Assembly: GCA_964551875.1 (NCBI GenBank)
Contig: CAZKEV010000004.1
Span: forward strand, 3,398 to 67,397
Source: an uncultured Methanomicrobiales archaeon
GTDB lineage: Archaea > Halobacteriota > Methanomicrobia > Methanomicrobiales > JACTUA01
Direction of reading: 5' to 3'
DNA: 64,000 bases
Shown one piece after another: positions 45,327-56,282 of the stretch (positions are counted from its first letter, which is position 1; every line of letters starts with the position of its first letter). A program made the translations under genes and the position numbers. The notes beneath the pieces were generated by a model. It saw nothing but the letters and a program-made list of their open reading frames with translations. It made no database searches and was not told the DNA's origin.

Positions 45327-47939
45327 ATGAGAATGGAAACGCTGTTCGGAGTCTTTCTTCTGCTGATGATCATTGGCACGCCAGTACTCGCAGGTAAAGT
45401 TAATACTGGTGGTTCGCCCGGGAAATCTGGAACATCGATAGAAGCGACCCTAAAAATTACGCCTCACTGGGTGAAAACCTATGGGTGGACCATCGATAAA
45501 TCGGTGGATTCTGAATTATTGGAGTTGCTAGAAGGCACCACCGGGACTTCAGTCTATACGATTATAGTTTCAAAGGATGACGGAACCGAAGAAGCCTGGG
45601 TTGATGGTGAGATCTGCGTCGCCAACGCAGGTGAATACCCGACAGAAGGTCTCGGCATCACGGCAGACCTGACAGACGGGTATACTCCACCTGTAGAAAA
45701 ACTGGCGAGCACGCTTGTAGATATAAGCAATACCCCTGTCCTTAATCCGCAAGAGATGGCATGTTACGACTATCGCATCGATATTCCCACCACAGGTGGG
45801 GATAAACCGCAACCCGTTGCCGAAGGAACATACAAAGTGACAGCCCACGTCACCATCACGAATCACGGAGGGCACCCGAATGAGCCCTTCGGTCCAAGCC
45901 CCAAGGATACCACGATATTCATCTCGAATCCCCTTATTGTCCATGATTCTGCTACAGTCATTGACACAAACGGAGAATCCTGGGAGATACATGACGACAG
46001 CTCCCTTCTTTACAGCAGGAACTACGATTGCAGTGCTGACCATCAAGACAACACTGCGACCATCACCTACCCTGATGATATCTCATCAGGTCCGTCAGAC
46101 TCAACCCGGGTGACGGTCATCTGCCATCCCGAAGGCGGTACCCACCAGATCCAGAATCCCGTGGCAAATCCGAATTACCTGGTTATGAGTACACCCGGTA
46201 GTGTAACCGTTACAGCGAAAGTAAATCCTGTGCCCGAACTCCTCCCAGCCACGGTTCATGTACAGCGACTCGATCCTGATACACATGCCGCAGAGGATCT
46301 CGGGCAACTCTTCGACGATCAGACCAATGGTGACGCGTTGCCGGGTGACAGTATCTTCACCAACCAGTTCCAGTTCAATGAGCCTGCAGCCGGTAAGATT
46401 CACCTGAGAGTAACCGCTTCTTATAGTAGTGGCATAAGCCCGGTTCATTCGACGATCTTCCTCATCGATGTCGTATCTCTGCCAGCGCAGGATGAAATCG
46501 ATACGGCACTGGCGATCACGAGCGAAGCCTCGCAGCAGTTTCGCGGATTGAGCCAGCAGTATCCCAGAAGCCAGGCCAGGGAAATGGTTATTGAGAATCT
46601 CGAGAGCGATCCGGATGTTCAGGATGTGGCCCTCGGTGATGATGGCACGACAGTGACTATAACCTTCAACTCACATCTGGAAACAGCACTTCTTACGGGC
46701 GATGAAAATACGCATGGTTCACCCTATAGCAATCAGGCATTTGTGGCAACAAGCATTTTTTCTTCCTTCAGTCAGGAATGTAATCATATAAACGATAAAT
46801 TGAATGAAAATTCATGTATCAGGTCAAAGATTCTTGCTGATCAAGCATTTGACCTTGAAGAGGTCAGCAATTTAGAAAACTATGGAGTCGTGTATATCTC
46901 GACCCACGGAGGAATGGTGAATAACGATGTCTCGTTCATGACAGGTGAACGAGTGTTGGGTCTCAATAGTCTGATCCACCTCGGAGATTGGATAACAGGA
47001 AAGATAATACCGACAGGAGCGGACGGTGAGATTTATTGGGCTATCAAACCCAGTTATATATCAACCTATGCCACGGCGTTCCCCAGAAGCCTGATTGTCA
47101 TATCGGCCTGTAATAGCCTTAACGGGGATTCGATGGCAAATGCTTTCTTTTCGAAAGGTGCAGGTGCCTATGTCGGATATACCTATACAGTAAGCGGATT
47201 GCTGGCGAGAGATCTGGATGAGGCATTATTCGATAAACTGGCAACCGGCGAAACACTTCAACAGGCCTTCAACGAATGGACCTTAGATGAAAGAACTGAC
47301 CCGTCCGACTGGGACGATACCGGCCGCCATGCCGTTTACGAGTTCCGGGGAGACGGGGGGCTGACCTTACCGAAAGACCGGATAATCAATGGCAAATTTG
47401 AAACCGGGAATGTCGCGGGCTGGACCGCCGGATACGCCTGCTGCGGGGATTTCACCCAGTTTGGCACCCCCGGGGGCTATGCAGTTCCCATCGGCGGCAA
47501 TGTCAAAGAAGGAAATTATGCTCTCCGCCTAGGGAGATGGGACCAGATCTACACGGGGGGTCTCTCAGGACCCCCGGCTCCCGGAACGGAACCTTCGGGT
47601 TATGACTATATATACCAGGATGTAGGGGTTCCATCCTCAGGCAATCCAGCCCTGAAATTCTCATACAACATTCAGACCTATGATACTGCACTCTGGGATT
47701 GGTTCGATGTATATATCAAAAACCCGGCAACAGAGGCTAATTTAGCCACGGTTGTTGATCACGACGGAAAACCCGGATCTAATTATGGCGAGTACTGGAA
47801 CGGTGGCTGGAAGGATATTTCATACGACCTCACTCCCTGGAAAGGCCAGACCGTACGGGTTTGGTTCGGGGATCGACAGGACGGATGGGGCGACCAGATG
47901 GCTGTCTTCATCGATGATGTTTCTCTCCCTTGCACCTAA
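45327..47939 (+). CDS. large secreted protein with clan-CD-like (caspase/legumain/gingipain-type) His-Cys dyad and C-terminal CBM-like jelly-roll domain
   Basis: Signal peptide. VVYISTHGG (His codon 46905..46907) and LIVISACNS (Cys codon 47109..47111). C-terminal INGKFETGNVAGWTAG.... domain. Confidence 0.55.
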   Translation: MRMETLFGVFLLLMIIGTPVLAGKVNTGGSPGKSGTSIEATLKITPHWVKTYGWTIDKSVDSELLELLEGTTGTSVYTIIVSKDDGTEEAWVDGEICVANAGEYPTEGLGITADLTDGYTPPVEKLASTLVDISNTPVLNPQEMACYDYRIDIPTTGGDKPQPVAEGTYKVTAHVTITNHGGHPNEPFGPSPKDTTIFISNPLIVHDSATVIDTNGESWEIHDDSSLLYSRNYDCSADHQDNTATITYPDDISSGPSDSTRVTVICHPEGGTHQIQNPVANPNYLVMSTPGSVTVTAKVNPVPELLPATVHVQRLDPDTHAAEDLGQLFDDQTNGDALPGDSIFTNQFQFNEPAAGKIHLRVTASYSSGISPVHSTIFLIDVVSLPAQDEIDTALAITSEASQQFRGLSQQYPRSQAREMVIENLESDPDVQDVALGDDGTTVTITFNSHLETALLTGDENTHGSPYSNQAFVATSIFSSFSQECNHINDKLNENSCIRSKILADQAFDLEEVSNLENYGVVYISTHGGMVNNDVSFMTGERVLGLNSLIHLGDWITGKIIPTGADGEIYWAIKPSYISTYATAFPRSLIVISACNSLNGDSMANAFFSKGAGAYVGYTYTVSGLLARDLDEALFDKLATGETLQQAFNEWTLDERTDPSDWDDTGRHAVYEFRGDGGLTLPKDRIINGKFETGNVAGWTAGYACCGDFTQFGTPGGYAVPIGGNVKEGNYALRLGRWDQIYTGGLSGPPAPGTEPSGYDYIYQDVGVPSSGNPALKFSYNIQTYDTALWDWFDVYIKNPATEANLATVVDHDGKPGSNYGEYWNGGWKDISYDLTPWKGQTVRVWFGDRQDGWGDQMAVFIDDVSLPCT

Positions 47940-48034
47940 ATTTTTTATGGAACATCAGAATAAATGGCGGAATTGAACAAAGATCCCATTCAATTAATTT
48001 TATTATGGGGAGCTGCCGATTCTAGTTTGATCTT

Positions 48035-48514
48035 ATGCGAAAAATTTTCCTTTTCATGGGAATCGCAGTTCTTGCTATCATTATTATATATTACTCTGGG
48101 ATATTAATGAAAAGGCAAGGTGAAAGCATAAAATTGACAGGTTTCCAAAATGGCAATATTATGGAACTTTCTCAGCAATCGAAAGAATTCGAACCGATCA
48201 AACAGCAGGTTGAAGAATTGTTTATCCATGCAAATGACTCGCTGAAGCTCATCGTCACAGATGAAACCATAGCTCAATATAAAACACGCGGTGCAATTGA
48301 AATTCGTTATTCTGAACCTCGTGAGTTTACGATTCAAGGGAACTTGAACCGACCGATAAAGGTTGATGGCCTCTTGCTAACTTTTGTCAATGACCGTGCG
48401 GTGATATTCTATAGCGTGAACGGGCGATATTCCTCGGGGCCTTTGGTAAATACAGCCGATAATGTGAAGGACGTTAAACAATATATAACGAACATCGCGA
48501 TGAATCTCGATTGA
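48035..48514 (+). CDS. membrane-anchored hypothetical protein, partner of the large secreted protein
   Basis: N-terminal TM (IFLFMGIAVLAIIIIYYSGIL). A degraded paralog follows the second large gene. Confidence 0.55.
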   Translation: MRKIFLFMGIAVLAIIIIYYSGILMKRQGESIKLTGFQNGNIMELSQQSKEFEPIKQQVEELFIHANDSLKLIVTDETIAQYKTRGAIEIRYSEPREFTIQGNLNRPIKVDGLLLTFVNDRAVIFYSVNGRYSSGPLVNTADNVKDVKQYITNIAMNLD

Positions 48515-48624
48515 AATATCTTTATTCTGAGTGAAGGGATGATGATTTCGAGTAATTTTTCTTATATACTTGTGAGAGTGCAAGCGGGAGAGAGGAGATA
48601 CTCTCTCCCTTACCTTTAGCAGAA

Positions 48625-48668
48625 AAGATGGCGTCCGCGTCATCCCCGTCCTTCCAGGGCTGGTCCAT
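48625..48668. repeat. 44-nt direct repeat, copy 2 (orphan 5' gene end next to the CNNM gene stop)
   Basis: AAGATGGCGTCCGCGTCATCCCCGTCCTTCCAGGGCTGGTCCAT. Encodes MDQPWKDGDDADAIF on the minus strand and then diverges. Confidence 0.9.
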
Positions 48669-48671
48669 AAA

Positions 48672-50009
48672 TCACCTGCCTGGAGAATCCGGGGCGGGCG
48701 CCGCAGGGGGAGGCACCAGGAGCACCTTGTCCACCCGTTTGCCGTCCATGTCCACCACCTCGAAGCGGTAGCCGTTCCAGGAGACATGCTCCCCGGGTTC
48801 TGGGATGTGCCCCAGGGAGTAGACCAGGAACCCCGCGATGGTCCGGTAGTACCCTTCCCCCTCTTCAGGGAGGGGGCCGAAACCGAACCGTTCCCTCAGG
48901 TCCTCGATGGGGAGGATCCCTTCGATGAGATAGGAGCCGTCGTCCCGGCTCACGATATCAGGCCCCTTCCCATGGTCCCAGGCGGGGATGGAGCCGATGA
49001 TGGCCTCGATGATGTCATGGAAGGTGAGGATGCCGGCAATGGTCCCGTACTCGTCGGTGACAAGGGCGATGTGGGCCCGGGAGGTCCGGAGGTGCTCGAG
49101 CACCGTGAGGGCCGGCCTCCCCTCGGGGATATAGAGGGGCTCCCTGAGGATGGATGCGAGATCGGGCTTCCTCCCTGCCATCACCTGGGAGAGGAGGTCC
49201 CGGACGGTGATGACCCCGGCGATGGAGTCCAGGGAATCCCGGTATACCGGGTACCACGTATGACCGCCCGAGGTGATCTTCTCCCAGTTCTCGTCGGGGG
49301 GAGCGTTCAGGTCCAGTGCCACGATCTCGGGGCGCGGGGTCATCAGGGCCTCCACCCGCCGGTCCCCGAACCTGAAGACCGCCTCCATCATGTCCTGCTC
49401 GGCTGCCTCCAGGATCCCTGCCCGCCTCCCCTCCTCGAGCATGGAACGGATCTCCTCCTCGGTGACGGCCGGCTTCTCGTGGGGTGGTATGCCGAGGAGG
49501 CGGAGTATGAGATCCGTGGAAGAGCTGACGAGCCAGACCGCGGGGGATGCGAGCCGGGAGAGGGCCCGCATGGGCCGGGAGAAGAGGGAGGCGATCTCAA
49601 CGGGGGTGTGGAGGCCGATCCGCTTCGGGACCAGCTCCCCGAGGACCAGGGTGAGGAAGGTGATGGCGAGGACAACGATGCCGATGCTCGCGAGCCCTGC
49701 ATAGGATGCGGTGGTGGGGATGGAGAGGAAGAAGGGCTCGAGGTACGCTGCGACCCGGGTCCCCCCGAAGGCCCCGGCCAGGATCCCGATGAGGGTGATC
49801 CCGAGCTGGACGGTGGAGAGGAACCGGTTCGGGTCCTCGGCGAGTTCCAGGGCCGCACCCGCACCTGCATCCCCCCCTTCGGCCCGCTTTCGGAGAAGCG
49901 CCCTCCGGGCCGAGATCAGGGCGAACTCGACCATGGAGAAGAGGCCGTTTGCGAAGATGAGGAGGAGGACGATGACAAGATCCAGGGTCAGGGACACGGG
50001 ATACTCCAC
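48672..50009 (-). CDS. CNNM/hemolysin-family transporter (DUF21 + CBS pair + CorC_HlyC)
   Basis: N-terminal 4-TM DUF21 region, a CBS pair, and the C-terminal YRFEVVDMDGKRVDKVLL transporter-associated domain. Confidence 0.85.
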   Translation of the reverse strand: MEYPVSLTLDLVIVLLLIFANGLFSMVEFALISARRALLRKRAEGGDAGAGAALELAEDPNRFLSTVQLGITLIGILAGAFGGTRVAAYLEPFFLSIPTTASYAGLASIGIVVLAITFLTLVLGELVPKRIGLHTPVEIASLFSRPMRALSRLASPAVWLVSSSTDLILRLLGIPPHEKPAVTEEEIRSMLEEGRRAGILEAAEQDMMEAVFRFGDRRVEALMTPRPEIVALDLNAPPDENWEKITSGGHTWYPVYRDSLDSIAGVITVRDLLSQVMAGRKPDLASILREPLYIPEGRPALTVLEHLRTSRAHIALVTDEYGTIAGILTFHDIIEAIIGSIPAWDHGKGPDIVSRDDGSYLIEGILPIEDLRERFGFGPLPEEGEGYYRTIAGFLVYSLGHIPEPGEHVSWNGYRFEVVDMDGKRVDKVLLVPPPAAPAPDSPGR

Positions 50010-50087
50010 CTTACCTGAGGGTCTTCTCCCTTAACTCTTTTGGGAGTTGTCAGCAGGATGCCCTTGGGCGGGAATCCCCGGGATAGG

Positions 50088-50119
50088 GACCTCACTTTCC
50101 GGATTCTGCCCCTTTGCCT
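50088..50119. repeat. degenerate relic of the pycA 3' end (27/32 nt match to 54788..54819)
   Basis: The minus strand reads GKGAESGK-stop-GGTC, against pycA AKGKSPGK-stop-GGTC. Ungapped hand alignment. Confidence 0.45.
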
Positions 50120-50490
50120 GAAGATCAGGAACCGCTTCGCGATCCAGAAAAGTGCAATCCCTCCCGCGATAATGAGGGAGACCGGAGCACCCCCGACAAT
50201 GGGAGTTTGAAATCTAAACCCCAGTAATATATGGAGGATGTTAATAATCATTCATTAAAGAACATAAGCACTATTTATGTTTTTGTTTTTTATTTTTTAT
50301 AAGTATTTTATCCCATTTATGAAATATAATGTCTTGCGAAGAATTATCTTATTCCATAAAGATATTTCGCATAAAACCGTTAATTCTTTCTATTAATTCT
50401 TTTAAAAGTCAATTTGATTCATTAAATTTAAATATCAATAATAAGGATAGGCTTAAGTACCAAATCCGATTTCTGGAGGGTTCTATTCGT

Positions 50491-53400
50491 ATGAGGCCAA
50501 CCGATGGTAAACATCCTGTGCACGTGAGCATCAAAACGATACTGGGGATCCTGCTCCTGTTCGTTTTCATCAGTTCCCCCGTTCTCGCGGATAAGCCGGA
50601 CGCCGGAAAACCCCATGGGAAGTCCGGACCCTCGCTGGAGGTGACCCTGATTGGTACACCTCACTGGGTGACCACGTATGGGTGGACCATCAATAAGTCG
50701 GTGGATTCCGATGTATTGGAAATGATGGAAGGCGCCTCGGGGACTTCTTTTTATACCATTGTGGTGGCGAAGGATGGAGGGACAGAAGCGGCCTGGATTG
50801 ACGGAGAGGTCTGCGTCGCGAACGTGGGTGACGGTCCGACAGAGGGGCTCGCCATCGCGGCAGATCTTACCGAAGTCCACCCCCGCCATCCCGGTGATGG
50901 AGGCGATAAGCGCGATGAGGTTCAGGCCAAAGATCGTCTGGCCCATGGACAAAATCCGCACAAAGAGATGGTGGCAACCATCCCCGTGGATGTAAGCAGC
51001 GAACCTGTCGTCGAACCGAAACAGAAGGCATGTTACGACTATCGTATCAACATCCCCACAGGGGGGGAAGACAACCCGCAACCCCTTGCCAATGGAACCT
51101 ATAAGGTCACAGCCCATGTGAATATCACAAATCACCTGGGACATCCGGACGAGAAATCCGGACCAGGCCCCTGTGAGATCCAGCCATCTCCATCAAAAAC
51201 CCTGAACGACCATGATTCCGCTTCAGTGAGGGACTCGCGTGAGGAATCAGGGGATTGTGGGGACGGACAATTCGATGAAAATGTCGATAATCAGGACGAA
51301 ACCATATCTGTTTCTTCCTCATCAAAATCCCCGAATGACCATGATTCTTCGGCTCAAGGGTCACGTGGGGAATCCGGGGATGGCAGGGATGGAAAGGGCG
51401 ATGAAAAGGTCAAGAGTCAGGACAAAACTGTATCTGTAACCTTCCCATCCAGGTTCCTGATCGTCCATGATTCGGCAACGGTGACGGATACAAACGGGGA
51501 ATCCTGGAACCTTCAGGATGACAGCTATCTGAGCTATAGCAGAGACTTCGATTGCAGCACCGATCATCAGGATAACACCGTCTCAATTACCTACCCTGAT
51601 GATGACACCGCCGGTCCGTCAGACTCGACCTGGGTGACGATCATCTGCCATGCTGACGGAGGCACCCACCTGATACAGGATCCCGTTGCAGAACCGAGGT
51701 ATCTGGATATCAATACCCCGACCACGGTGACCATTACCGCGAAGGTCAATCCTGTCCATGAGTTACTCCCGGACACGGTTCATGTACAGCGGCTTGATGA
51801 GAATTATCAGGTTTTAGAGGACCTGGGGCAACTCTTTGACGATCAGACCTATGGCGATGCCCTCCCCGGCGACAGTATCTTCACCGGCGAGTTCACCTTC
51901 AGTGAGCCGGCCGAGGGAAAGATCCGGCTGAGAGTAACCGCGTCCTATAGCAGTCCCGTGAGCCAGGTGACCTCGTATGTCTTCACCCTCGATGTACTAT
52001 CTCCCATGGATGAAGAGACCGCCGCTGCAATCCTCGAAACCCACAAGGACTGCTACGAGACCTTCCTGGAGCTGAAACAGCAGTACAGTGAAGATCAGGC
52101 ACGACTGTTGACCATTGAGCATGCGAAGGGGATGAGCAATGTCCGGAACGCCGGTCTCTCGGTGGACGGGACCACCATCTGGATTCTGTATTCCGATGGA
52201 ATGGAGGGAGTCATCCCCACAGGGCCGGAGGGAACCCAGGACTCATCGACGATGGTAAAGGAGCCGAAACCTATGCCTGTCCCAACCGGGCCGGAGGGAA
52301 CCCAGGGCTCATCGACAATTGTACAGGAGCCGAACCCGATGACTCTCGCAGCTGTGTCAATGACAGGGACCTGCCCGGACAGCAACAGTGCCATCATCTA
52401 TTCACCGTTCTACACGAGTATTACCCCTAATGATATCAGTGACGGTCTCTATCAAAAACTCCGTCAGACTTGCACAAAGCCTCACTGGGTGATTATGAAT
52501 GGAGGGGCGGACGTCGAATCCTTCAGGAGTATGGGCCAATACGGGCTCGTGGTCATTACCTCCCATGGGGGTGTGGATATGTTACAGCAAGTGTTCATCA
52601 GTACCGGGGAGGAGGTTGCCATGGCCAATATGATGCGATACTCGAACGATCTTATCACCGGTAAATTATCAATCACAATTTCGGATGGAAAACTGGTTTT
52701 TGCCATCCCTCCTGATTTTATCACCACGTATGTTAGATCCTTCCCAAAGAGCCTTATCTACCTCAGTGCATGTCACAGCCTGGATAATCCTACCATGGCA
52801 AATGCATTCCTTCGCAAGGGGGCAGTCGCCTATGCCGGGTACAAAGGAACTGTCTATACGTACTGGACGAAAAGTATCGGCGACCAGTTCTTCGGCCACC
52901 TCATTGATGACCGGATGATGGCCCGCGAGGCGTTCACCATCATCCCCGATAAACAGCGTCCGGATGGGGGCGAGTTCATCATGACACCGTACAACAACCA
53001 GTTCATGCTGTCCACGGAACTGGTTACCAACGGTAAATTCGAAACGGGGAATACCGCCGGGTGGACCGCCGGCTTTGAAGGGACCCCGCCAGGAGGGTAT
53101 GCAGTTGTCCTTGGCGGGAATGTCAAAGAAGGAAGGTATGCTCTACGCCTGGGGAGATGGGACCAGGTCTACACCGGAGGGCTCTATGGACCTCCTGCTC
53201 CAGGGACAGAACCTTTTGGGTATGATTATATTTACCAGGATGTGGTCGTCCCCTCATCCGGCTCCCCGACTCTGAGGTTCTCGTATAATGTTCAGACCTA
53301 TGATACCGCCATCTGGGACTGGTTTGATGTCAATATCAAAAACCCGGCCTCCGGTTCCAATCTGGCCACGGTTGTCAGCCATGATGGCAAACCTGGATCA

Positions 53401-53559
53401 GATTATGGAACTTACTGGAACGGTGGTTGGAAGACTGTTTCATACGACCTCTCCCCATGGAGAGGCCAGACCGTGAGGATCTGGTTCGGGAACAGGCAGG
53501 ATGGTTTTGGCGACCAGAATGCCGTCTTTATTGATGATGTCTCCATTCCCTGCACCTGA
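50491..53559 (+). CDS. large secreted protein, paralog of 45327..47939, with extra internal repeats
   Basis: Signal peptide. Shared N-terminal domain (TPHWVTTYGWTINKSVDSD...). LVVITSHGG (His codon 52564..52566), LIYLSACHS (Cys codon 52771..52773). Same C-terminal TNGKFETGNTAGWTAG domain. Confidence 0.55.
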   Translation: MRPTDGKHPVHVSIKTILGILLLFVFISSPVLADKPDAGKPHGKSGPSLEVTLIGTPHWVTTYGWTINKSVDSDVLEMMEGASGTSFYTIVVAKDGGTEAAWIDGEVCVANVGDGPTEGLAIAADLTEVHPRHPGDGGDKRDEVQAKDRLAHGQNPHKEMVATIPVDVSSEPVVEPKQKACYDYRINIPTGGEDNPQPLANGTYKVTAHVNITNHLGHPDEKSGPGPCEIQPSPSKTLNDHDSASVRDSREESGDCGDGQFDENVDNQDETISVSSSSKSPNDHDSSAQGSRGESGDGRDGKGDEKVKSQDKTVSVTFPSRFLIVHDSATVTDTNGESWNLQDDSYLSYSRDFDCSTDHQDNTVSITYPDDDTAGPSDSTWVTIICHADGGTHLIQDPVAEPRYLDINTPTTVTITAKVNPVHELLPDTVHVQRLDENYQVLEDLGQLFDDQTYGDALPGDSIFTGEFTFSEPAEGKIRLRVTASYSSPVSQVTSYVFTLDVLSPMDEETAAAILETHKDCYETFLELKQQYSEDQARLLTIEHAKGMSNVRNAGLSVDGTTIWILYSDGMEGVIPTGPEGTQDSSTMVKEPKPMPVPTGPEGTQGSSTIVQEPNPMTLAAVSMTGTCPDSNSAIIYSPFYTSITPNDISDGLYQKLRQTCTKPHWVIMNGGADVESFRSMGQYGLVVITSHGGVDMLQQVFISTGEEVAMANMMRYSNDLITGKLSITISDGKLVFAIPPDFITTYVRSFPKSLIYLSACHSLDNPTMANAFLRKGAVAYAGYKGTVYTYWTKSIGDQFFGHLIDDRMMAREAFTIIPDKQRPDGGEFIMTPYNNQFMLSTELVTNGKFETGNTAGWTAGFEGTPPGGYAVVLGGNVKEGRYALRLGRWDQVYTGGLYGPPAPGTEPFGYDYIYQDVVVPSSGSPTLRFSYNVQTYDTAIWDWFDVNIKNPASGSNLATVVSHDGKPGSDYGTYWNGGWKTVSYDLSPWRGQTVRIWFGNRQDGFGDQNAVFIDDVSIPCT

Positions 53560-53649
53560 TTTTTTCGAAGATCCCTTCATTCTTTGCGCCGTTTCCACCG
53601 ATGCAGTATAGAGTGAAGTATTTATCTTATCAACCAGATAATCGAGTTC

Positions 53650-54258
53650 ATGAAGAATCTGGATAACCGGCTGATTCTCAGGTTATCATTTCCCCCAGCC
53701 TTTGCTGTTCTTTTTCTCCTTTTCCTCCGTACCTTCTCTCCGGTAGTTCCCCCTGAACTGTCGATGGCCTTCGGCCTCCTGTTTGTACCGTTTTTACTGA
53801 TGACCTTCCTCCTCCTGATGGTATTTCATGGTCAGGCGGGTGTCGTAGGAATCTTTGTTTTCGCCATCCTTTGCGTTGCGGTCCAGTATAAGTATGTGAA
53901 GGTACTGCTGCAGGTGCAAAGAGGGGAACGAATCGCCATGGTCGTCGCGACTTACCTGCTCATCGGCCTCCTGACGGGTATGGTGATACTTTTCCCCACT
54001 ATCGGACAGGGGGATACCGATATGCCCCAGCTCACCCTGAGTAAGGTGGACAAAAATGAAACATCGGGGTCCTTGATCCACTTCACCCAGCAGGACCTGG
54101 AGGAATCCCCTGCTCTTCAATCCCTCATCGAGTCCGGACATACAAGTATGAGTTGGGATGAATATGGATCCTTTCAACAGAGATATCCCCCTAGTTACTT
54201 CGTGGAATATAACGGGACATACTATAAATTAACTCGCATAATCCCCCAGGGTGGATAG
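53650..54258 (+). CDS. hypothetical membrane protein
   Basis: 202-aa ORF with 4-5 hydrophobic segments. No motif recognised. Confidence 0.45.
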   Translation: MKNLDNRLILRLSFPPAFAVLFLLFLRTFSPVVPPELSMAFGLLFVPFLLMTFLLLMVFHGQAGVVGIFVFAILCVAVQYKYVKVLLQVQRGERIAMVVATYLLIGLLTGMVILFPTIGQGDTDMPQLTLSKVDKNETSGSLIHFTQQDLEESPALQSLIESGHTSMSWDEYGSFQQRYPPSYFVEYNGTYYKLTRIIPQGG

Positions 54259-54340
54259 GAGATCGCCCCAAAACCCGCTTTGACCTTCATGGTCCTGCAG
54301 GCGGTCCGGATCCGGGAGCATACACCTGACAGTCTTCTAG

Positions 54341-54701
54341 GATGGCAGGAGCATCGAACTATCCCGGCAGACGAATGAATTTGAACCAGTCAGACAGCAG
54401 ACCGAAGAATTGTTCATCCATGCCAATGACATCCTGAAGCTCATCGTTACCGACGAAACCATCGCCCAGTACAAAAGTCGAAGCTCTGGAATTTCGGTAT
54501 TCCGAACCCCGAAAGTTCACTCTCAGGGGATTTACGAACCGCACGGTAAAGATTGACGGGCTCCTCCTCTTCTTTGTCAATGGAAGAAGGGTGATCTTTT
54601 ACAGCGCCAACGGGCGATATTCATCGGGGCCCCTCGTCAGTTCAGATGCCGGGGGAGAGGATCCGGAACATACGGTCAAGGAGATAGCAAGGCCTTCCTG
54701 A
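54341..54701 (+). pseudogene. 5'-truncated, frameshifted paralog of 48035..48514
   Basis: EFEPVRQQTEELFIHANDILKLIVTDETIAQYKSRS, then after a 1-nt shift ALEFRYSEPRKFTLRGFTNRTVKIDGLLLFFVNGRRVIFYSANGRYSSGPLV. No TM segment or start codon. Confidence 0.7.
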
Positions 54702-54791
54702 AAAACAGGGAAGGGGATTTCTGTTAGCTGAGACTGGTCTCTGTCTGATACCGGCATCTCGCGGACACCGCCCTCTGGACACTCCCAGACC

Positions 54792-56278
<1,487 letters not shown>

Positions 56279-56282
<4 letters not shown>

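Larger units (their letters stand above)
44944..48624. mobile_element. 3.7-kb insertion bounded by the 44-nt direct repeat
   Basis: Lower-GC segment between the repeat copies. Carries the 45327..47939 and 48035..48514 genes. Confidence 0.55.

Noticed and set aside
48786-50018. 410-aa ORF antisense to the CNNM gene, and likewise 54966..56576 antisense to pycA
   Set aside because: Both are GC-driven shadow ORFs with Asp/Gly/Pro/Glu-rich low complexity. The opposite strands encode well-supported proteins.
49988-50251. 87-aa ORF (small membrane-like protein) overlapping the CNNM start
   Set aside because: It spans the putative pycA 3' relic and overlaps the CNNM start by 22 nt. It is more likely junction sequence than a gene.
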